Below are positions 58,803-64,000 of a DNA stretch of 64,000 nucleotides, piece after piece (the first letter of the stretch is position 1; every line of letters begins with the position of its first letter). The stretch comes from a virus. The stretch spans positions 55,947 to 119,946 of IMG/VR virus record IMGVR_UViG_3300021962_000036; one strand, written 5' to 3'. The notes under the pieces were generated by a model. The model had not been told where the DNA came from. It worked only from the letters and a program-made list of their open reading frames with translations, and searched no databases. A program made the translations under genes and the position numbers.

Positions 58803-59100
58803 GTTCTAAAGTTTCAACTGCAAATTCAATAGCTGCTGATATACAACGTGTTGTTGCACGCCACATATTATATTTGTGAGAACCAGTAACAAAACCAAAT
58901 TCAGTTCTGCCGTCACCTGGAACAACTTTAAAAGTTTTACGTAAAACATCCATTTCTAAATAAACAGCTGCATGTTTCTTAATACCTTTTTCATCTTCAT
59001 AAGAATGAGAGAATTGGTATTTTTGTTCTACTAAAGATTGTTGTACTGGAGAATCTATTTTTTCTAGAAACTCATCAATTGGTAAATTATTCATGCTCAT
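58771..59100 (-). CDS. hypothetical protein
   Basis: 109 aa, in the accessory operon. Confidence 0.6.
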   Translation of the reverse strand: MSMNNLPIDEFLEKIDSPVQQSLVEQKYQFSHSYEDEKGIKKHAAVYLEMDVLRKTFKVVPGDGRTEFGFVTGSHKYNMWRATTRCISAAIEFAVETLELENNESSFTS

Positions 59101-59323
59101 CTTCTTGAGTTATTATATCAAAATGATCACCTATTTTTCTAAGAGTGTTGGCAAGGTGTTTAGCCAAATTTTTAACTGCTTCAGGATCAAGTGAATTTAA
59201 CCATTCATCTTGTCTAGATTCTGGGCAATCTTCAAAGCATGTTGGTTCACGCTTTTCTTCATTGTCAAACTTGTGGAATATATAAACTCCACTAAGATTT
59301 CTGCGATTTAGAGTTGCTTCCAT
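59087..59323 (-). CDS. hypothetical protein
   Basis: 78 aa, RRNLSGVY...CFEDC. Confidence 0.65.
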   Translation of the reverse strand: MEATLNRRNLSGVYIFHKFDNEEKREPTCFEDCPESRQDEWLNSLDPEAVKNLAKHLANTLRKIGDHFDIITQEDEHE

Positions 59324-59574
59324 TAGTTAATTAGTTCAAAAAAGTTTTCATTAATGTAATCATCAACTGCATCTATATCACGTGGTTGTCTATCTAACCA
59401 AATGATTTCTTCTAAATGATAAGATTGATTGTCATTGTCATGAGTTACTACTACAGTAAACTCATAAACTTCTTCTTGATATTCATCTTCCCACTGAGAA
59501 CAGTCACAAGTGTAAGTACCAGAATAATGTTTTGTTTCGCTGAATGGTTTCTTTTCTATTTTTAAATCTTTCAT
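59323..59574 (-). CDS. acidic hypothetical protein
   Basis: Likely start MKDLK at 59574. Confidence 0.6.
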   Translation of the reverse strand: MKDLKIEKKPFSETKHYSGTYTCDCSQWEDEYQEEVYEFTVVVTHDNDNQSYHLEEIIWLDRQPRDIDAVDDYINENFFELIN

Positions 59575-59578
59575 GTTC

Positions 59579-60028
59579 TTAAAATTCAACTGTTACTGAT
59601 TTTAATATTCCATCACTGCCATACTTTGCGTATACAGGATAATAGCCATCACCAAATGCTGTTGCAAATGCAACTCCAACACCAGGATGTCCAAGATCAT
59701 AGTTTAGTTGACCATGTCCATCATTTGACAATGTAGCATGACAGCAAGAATTGTAACTGAAAGAATGTTCTGTTGAATCGCTTACATCAACTTTTTTCCA
59801 TTCACCAGTTTCATTTAATTCATTCATTGTCTTACCATATTTAGGTATTTCAATGGCGTAATGAGGAAAGTCTACTCTGTATTGTAGTCTTTCTTTAGTT
59901 GTCACATGTTCATAGATTCTGATATCTTCAAAATCTTCTTTTTTCCATTGAGAATCAATGTAGCAGGGATCACACATTAATAGTTGACCTGAATCAACTC
60001 CAACATGTCCAATTAATACTTTTTTCAT
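59579..60028 (-). CDS. DUF4241-like protein
   Basis: VGVDSGQL..CDP and TAFGDGYYPVY motifs. Confidence 0.6.
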   Translation of the reverse strand: MKKVLIGHVGVDSGQLLMCDPCYIDSQWKKEDFEDIRIYEHVTTKERLQYRVDFPHYAIEIPKYGKTMNELNETGEWKKVDVSDSTEHSFSYNSCCHATLSNDGHGQLNYDLGHPGVGVAFATAFGDGYYPVYAKYGSDGILKSVTVEF

Positions 60029-60030
60029 AA

Positions 60031-60591
60031 TTATCTTACAATAAATTGATTTGGTGGAAGTTCGTAAGTTCTAAAAACTCTCATGCCTTTATAAAATATC
60101 TTAGCTTCAGCATCAATATTAATCATTGTACTGCTAAAACTGTTACTCATTACTTCTTGAGCAATTTCTTTAAAAGTATCAGGATTACACATAATGATAA
60201 ATTCTTCAGCAGAATAATGTCCACCTTTGCGATATGCTTCTACAATAGCTTTTTCTAGTAATACATATGGAGTTGTAAGGTCTGACATATAAGTTTCATA
60301 ACCTACAGGTACTTTAACCTTTTTAAATCCATAGTTTGGAGCTGTCATAGCTTTTAATTGATGATGCTGATTTTGGATCTGATCATAGATGTTTTGATAA
60401 TAGTCAATGTTTCTTTTAACAGATTCCATTCCAGCTTCTAAATTGACAAGTTCTTCAACCATTTGGTTGTTGTAAGAACTTGAATGCTCAGCTTCTGCAT
60501 ATCCTTTTTCAGATTCAGCATGCCATAAAGCGTGCTTATATGCTTCAGCTTGCATCATATACATGTACTCAGCTTCATCATGTGGTTCCAT
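60031..60591 (-). CDS. hypothetical protein
   Basis: 186 aa with a coiled-coil N-terminal half. Confidence 0.65.
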   Translation of the reverse strand: MEPHDEAEYMYMMQAEAYKHALWHAESEKGYAEAEHSSSYNNQMVEELVNLEAGMESVKRNIDYYQNIYDQIQNQHHQLKAMTAPNYGFKKVKVPVGYETYMSDLTTPYVLLEKAIVEAYRKGGHYSAEEFIIMCNPDTFKEIAQEVMSNSFSSTMINIDAEAKIFYKGMRVFRTYELPPNQFIVR

Positions 60592-60923
60592 TACTTTAAA
60601 TTTTCAAGTTCTTTAATAATAGATTCCATTTCAACACCAATTTGTTTGTGTAATTTGTGCTGACTCTTTGGTTCATGAAGTTCACTAAGCGTTCTGTAAC
60701 GAATTTTGAGTTCTTGTTCTCTTTTTGATTTTTCTTTTGCTGCTTCTTGATGTTTTACAAGAATTTCAACAGCAGATTTTACATCAAATTGTAAACCCAT
60801 TCTGTCAATTGCCAAGACTGTGTCAAGAATAATACTTGCTGTATTTTCATTTACACCTATGTCTACTAATCCAAGAGCTACTCTGAACTCTTGTGGTTTA
60901 ATTTTCTTTAATGCTGATGCCAT
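60591..60923 (-). CDS. hypothetical protein
   Basis: 110 aa. Confidence 0.65.
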   Translation of the reverse strand: MASALKKIKPQEFRVALGLVDIGVNENTASIILDTVLAIDRMGLQFDVKSAVEILVKHQEAAKEKSKREQELKIRYRTLSELHEPKSQHKLHKQIGVEMESIIKELENLK

Positions 60924-61299
60924 GTTCTTTTCTGTATTGAATTTCTTTTCTAATAAGATCTAAATGCCAGTCTGGTCCACCATAATCTAATACAGCTTCT
61001 AACCAGTTATCATTCATATCGCATATTGCAATCCACGATAATGGTTGTTTACCATCAACGCCTCTTCCTCCACGCGTAGCATACTTGCGTACAAGTTCAA
61101 AATCATCATCTGCATAAACAGCATAGATTTTTATTTTTGTCATATCTTTTGCACCATATCTTAAATAAGAAGTGCCACCATCTACCATTGCGTTGTTAGG
61201 ACAAGAACATGTTTTGTAATCATGTCTGTGATAACTTACAATAGTTTCATTACACTCTTGACATGTCACAGAGTTGTAAACTAATTGTTTATCTTGCAT
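60898..61299 (-). CDS. Zn-ribbon hypothetical protein
   Basis: CQEC...SYHRHDYKTCSC...VDGG. Confidence 0.7.
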   Translation of the reverse strand: MQDKQLVYNSVTCQECNETIVSYHRHDYKTCSCPNNAMVDGGTSYLRYGAKDMTKIKIYAVYADDDFELVRKYATRGGRGVDGKQPLSWIAICDMNDNWLEAVLDYGGPDWHLDLIRKEIQYRKEHGISIKEN

Positions 61300-61513
61300 T
61301 TTCTAATGGAATAAAAGTTTTGTTAAAATATTCTTCTGATACTATTTTTTTGATTTTTTCATAGCAATCAGAGTTTGTTGTAAGTTTATTGCCTACTTTT
61401 TTAAAAGTTACACAAACATCACTATTTATATAACGTATGCCATACTCATGATTACTTTCTAGCATCCTGTCAAATAAAAATTCTTGTATTTTTTTTTCTG
61501 ATTCACTAATCAT
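61289..61513 (-). CDS. hypothetical protein
   Basis: 74 aa. Confidence 0.55.
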   Translation of the reverse strand: MISESEKKIQEFLFDRMLESNHEYGIRYINSDVCVTFKKVGNKLTTNSDCYEKIKKIVSEEYFNKTFIPLENAR

Positions 61514-61596
61514 AAAAACATTAACATTACGCCAGCAAATCCAATACCTGCAAAGAAGTATATAAGATTATTTAGCCATTGAGGATAATTTTCCAT
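61510..61596 (-). CDS. 28-aa single-TM peptide; not in ORF track
   Basis: MENYPQWLNNLIYFFAGIGFAGVMLMFL*, with ATGA overlap to the next gene. Confidence 0.6.
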   Translation of the reverse strand: MENYPQWLNNLIYFFAGIGFAGVMLMFL

Positions 61597-61605
61597 ATGA
61601 GATCT

Positions 61606-62463
61606 TTAAAAAATGTATCTAATTTTATTCCAAGGAATAATTTCATCATGAAGGTTTGTGAACTCTTCTATGTACTGTGATTTCAAACCATGCTTGTAGC
61701 GTAGATTCAATCCTCCATATTGAGATACTTTATCTTCTTGAATAGAAGGATTCCATAGCAAGTCTTCACCTGTCAAGTTATTCTTTAAATTATAAAAGTG
61801 TTTATCACGATTATGTGTTAAGAATATAACCTCAGCTTTGACTTGTTCTTTGTACTTTCTATCTACAAGAGCATCCACACCTTCAAAAAGCATTCTATAT
61901 TGTTCTAACCAATCATCTTTTACAATAACAGGTGAAAAATTGATATGAACATCATAACCTGCTTCAATAAAGTCATTAATAGCTTTAATTCTATCAATGA
62001 TTTTACTGGTGTTTGGCTCTAGCAAATCTGCATACTTTTGAGGCATCAATGAAAATCTTATACGTATCTTTCCTTCAGGATTGTACGTACAAAGTTCTTC
62101 ATTAACATACTTTGTTGCAAAAGAACCCATGGCAATTTCACTTTGCTTAAAAAAGTCAAAAATATACTGCCATTTGTGGTACTTAAGATGCAATGCGAAG
62201 TCTTCATTACATGAAATGTCATAAGTAACAAACTTCTCATGAGTTTGATTAGGTTTATCTACAGTAGAAAACCAGCTATGATTATTAATTTCTGTAAGAA
62301 TCTCACTGGTATTCTTGGCAATGTCTAATCCTTCAGGTTTATGACGTTTCATGTAACAATAAGTACAGTTAAATAGACAACCATGCCCAAAGCTTGGTGA
62401 TATAAAGTCTGTACTTCTGCCACTCTCACGTATGAGCATTGATTTTCTAATTACTTGTTCCAT
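61606..62463 (-). CDS. spore photoproduct lyase-like radical SAM enzyme
   Basis: GCLFNCTYCYM (CxxxCxxC), SCNED, FATK, RIRFSLMP, EPNTS....RI.A, NFSPVI. Confidence 0.85.
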   Translation of the reverse strand: MEQVIRKSMLIRESGRSTDFISPSFGHGCLFNCTYCYMKRHKPEGLDIAKNTSEILTEINNHSWFSTVDKPNQTHEKFVTYDISCNEDFALHLKYHKWQYIFDFFKQSEIAMGSFATKYVNEELCTYNPEGKIRIRFSLMPQKYADLLEPNTSKIIDRIKAINDFIEAGYDVHINFSPVIVKDDWLEQYRMLFEGVDALVDRKYKEQVKAEVIFLTHNRDKHFYNLKNNLTGEDLLWNPSIQEDKVSQYGGLNLRYKHGLKSQYIEEFTNLHDEIIPWNKIRYIF

Positions 62464-62465
62464 TA

Positions 62466-62798
62466 CTAATCTTTTTTAGTAAGTTCTGAGATGTAAGTAT
62501 CCCATCCTAATTTCTTAGCATAAAAAGCATGCTTAACAGTATGACCAACCATACCTCCAGTTTGCCCATCACCACCTGCAATCATATGATTTACAAGAGG
62601 TTCAAGTTCTGGATCAAATGCATTTTTGCCACCACCATTAATAATGTTAAACATTTCTTGATTATCATCAAAATATTCAACTCCTTTGATTACCATACGT
62701 TGGCATTCAAGTTCATAGTCACATGGATTTGTGTCATCGTCTGAAAATCCACTTAAAAAGTCTCCTACAGGATACTTGTACTTTGATTCTTTTATCAT
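62466..62798 (-). CDS. hypothetical protein (cassette array)
   Basis: Start ATG supplied by the 19-bp repeat at 62795. Confidence 0.7.
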   Translation of the reverse strand: MIKESKYKYPVGDFLSGFSDDDTNPCDYELECQRMVIKGVEYFDDNQEMFNIINGGGKNAFDPELEPLVNHMIAGGDGQTGGMVGHTVKHAFYAKKLGWDTYISELTKKD

Positions 62799-63004
62799 TG
62801 TTCTTGTTGTTTAAAGGTTTCAATTTCTATTACTTCACAATAACTACTTCTCCCACCATATCTTGTCCAGTAATCAGAGTAAGATATCAACCTTAATTGG
62901 TAAGCATTATCATTAAACGAACGTTTATACCAAGTTCCTTTTCTTAATTTTCTATACCACTTAAATCTACCGAGATAAGTGTCAATCCAAGTTTGTTTCT
63001 TCAT
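62795..63004 (-). CDS. hypothetical protein ending KQQEQ (cassette array)
   Basis: Bounded by the repeats at 63001 and 62795. Confidence 0.65.
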   Translation of the reverse strand: MKKQTWIDTYLGRFKWYRKLRKGTWYKRSFNDNAYQLRLISYSDYWTRYGGRSSYCEVIEIETFKQQEQ

Positions 63005-63372
63005 TGTTCTTGTTGTTTAGTTTCTACAATCTCAATTATTTTCTCAAGACAAGCAAGTTCTGTTTCTTCATAAGTATCATAAGCATCTGAAAGAATTGAT
63101 TCTGAAAGAGTGGTGCTATCTGGCATTGACCATTTAATATAGAAATCATGATTATTATAATTATGGGTGGAAAAACTGACAAAAAACCCTTTCTCCCTAA
63201 ACCATCTAAATGCTTGTGAAAATATTGGTGCTTTTACGGCATAAGAATAATCATATTCCTCTGACTCTAGGTCTAAATAGTTTTCATTATGGTATGCACC
63301 AAAACATTCTTCATTAAATCCAATTGCTTTGAGTTTAACCGCCAACTCATAAGGTACAAATTCTTTTATCAT
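63001..63372 (-). CDS. hypothetical protein ending KQQEQ (cassette array)
   Basis: MIKEFVPYELAVKLK..GF...AP..SQAFRWFREK...TYEE. Bounded by repeats. Confidence 0.7.
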   Translation of the reverse strand: MIKEFVPYELAVKLKAIGFNEECFGAYHNENYLDLESEEYDYSYAVKAPIFSQAFRWFREKGFFVSFSTHNYNNHDFYIKWSMPDSTTLSESILSDAYDTYEETELACLEKIIEIVETKQQEQ

Positions 63373-63384
63373 TGTTCTTGTTGT

Positions 63385-63609
63385 TTAAAAGGTTTCATCC
63401 CAATACTCTTCAAATGTTTGCCAATTTTCTTCTGCAATACCTTTGCCTTCAAATCTACCCGCTTGATGTGCTATATCCCAAGTTTCTTTGTGTGATTGCT
63501 TCTCCATTCTTCTTGCGTGGTTATAAATTGAAACTTCACTAAAATATTCACTAATACCTTTTCCGTAATTATCTAACTCTTTTATTAACCATTCTACTGC
63601 TGTTTTCAT
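63385..63609 (-). CDS. hypothetical protein, MKTAVEWL family (cassette array)
   Basis: MKTAVEWL...ARRMEKQ...EEYWDETF. The ATG is at 63607-09. Confidence 0.7.
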   Translation of the reverse strand: MKTAVEWLIKELDNYGKGISEYFSEVSIYNHARRMEKQSHKETWDIAHQAGRFEGKGIAEENWQTFEEYWDETF

Positions 63610-63797
63610 TATCCTTGTTGTTTAGGTATATAACCATAGTTTTCAATTCCCTTTTGGTACATATCTACCATTTGCTTTTTCTCCATTGACCTTGCTTTTT
63701 CAAAGATTTGGTCAAAGGTCATCTTTTCATACCAATACTCATCGCACATTAATTTCTCTTTAATGTACTCTACTGCTGTTAATTGTTCTTCTTTCAT
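63609..63797 (-). CDS. hypothetical protein, TAVE family, ends KQQG (cassette array)
   Basis: LTAVEYI...FEKARSMEKKQ. Confidence 0.7.
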   Translation of the reverse strand: MKEEQLTAVEYIKEKLMCDEYWYEKMTFDQIFEKARSMEKKQMVDMYQKGIENYGYIPKQQG

Positions 63798-64000
63798 TGT
63801 TCTTGTTGTTTAGTTATCATTTCGTGTTTCACTCCGAATTCATCATACCCATCTTTGTACTCTGGCGAAAGATGGCTAAACTCCACACTATCGTCCACTA
63901 TCTGAAGGTTACCAGTGAAGCAGTACCCCGTACATTTTAGAAGATTTTCGAGTATCTCTAGCATCTGCTCCATATTCAAATCGTTGTATGGTACTTCGTA
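63794..64000 (-). CDS. hypothetical protein ending KQQEQ (5' end beyond window)
   Basis: Frame is open to 64000 (YEVPYNDLNMEQ...). Confidence 0.6.
   Translation of the reverse strand, partial: YEVPYNDLNMEQMLEILENLLKCTGYCFTGNLQIVDDSVEFSHLSPEYKDGYDEFGVKHEMITKQQEQ

Larger units (their letters stand above)
62795..63812 (-). repeat. five dispersed copies of 19-bp gene-junction repeat TAAACAACAAGAACAATGA
   Basis: Plus-strand TCATTGTTCTTGTTGTTTA is exact at 62795, 63001, 63369 and 63794, with a 2-mismatch copy at 63606. Confidence 0.95.

Noticed and set aside
62795-63812. 19-bp repeat series read as a CRISPR array
   Set aside because: The intervals are 170-350 bp, unequal and protein-coding. The repeat is not palindromic and there is no cas operon in the window.
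1-64000. Stop-codon reassignment (TAG or TGA), as in some crAss-like phages
   Set aside because: Genes are full length and densely packed in code 11. TAG (e.g. 38596, 56510) and TGA both end genes at sensible positions, and no suppressor tRNA was seen.

Overview
AT-rich segment of a lytic Crassvirales-related (crAss-like) dsDNA phage, read in the standard genetic code. The host is very probably Bacteroidota, judged from TTG-N19-20-TAnnTTTG promoters and A-rich leaders with no Shine-Dalgarno. Layout: (1) 1-20042 (+), three giant virion cargo/ejection proteins, including a 3773-aa single-chain RNA polymerase (DFDVD) with a zincin domain and a PD-(D/E)XK nuclease-bearing protein; (2) 20206-33329 (+), tail-fibre module with two S74-chaperoned fibres and a Cys-rich FN3-like protein; (3) 33384-37926 (-), Fis-like HTH, thyX, nrdA, nrdB; (4) 38270-40127 (+), lysis cassette; (5) 40208-56013 (mostly -), replication and nucleotide genes (dNMP kinase, PolB, exonuclease, GIY-YIG, primase, Sak4-like ATPase, DnaB, UNG, SF2 helicase, HNH, dUTPase); (6) 56000-64000 (-), small accessory genes including a spore-photoproduct-lyase-like radical SAM enzyme. 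Two patterns stand out. First, the ~6,650 visible residues of the three cargo proteins contain only four cysteines, all at the facing termini of adjacent proteins, suggesting a head-to-tail disulfide-linked ejection chain. Second, the terminal array of small genes is punctuated by a 19-bp repeat (TAAACAACAAGAACAATGA) that supplies the stop of one gene and the start of the next, like a gene-cassette array. Family assignments come from motif recognition by eye; no database search was run.
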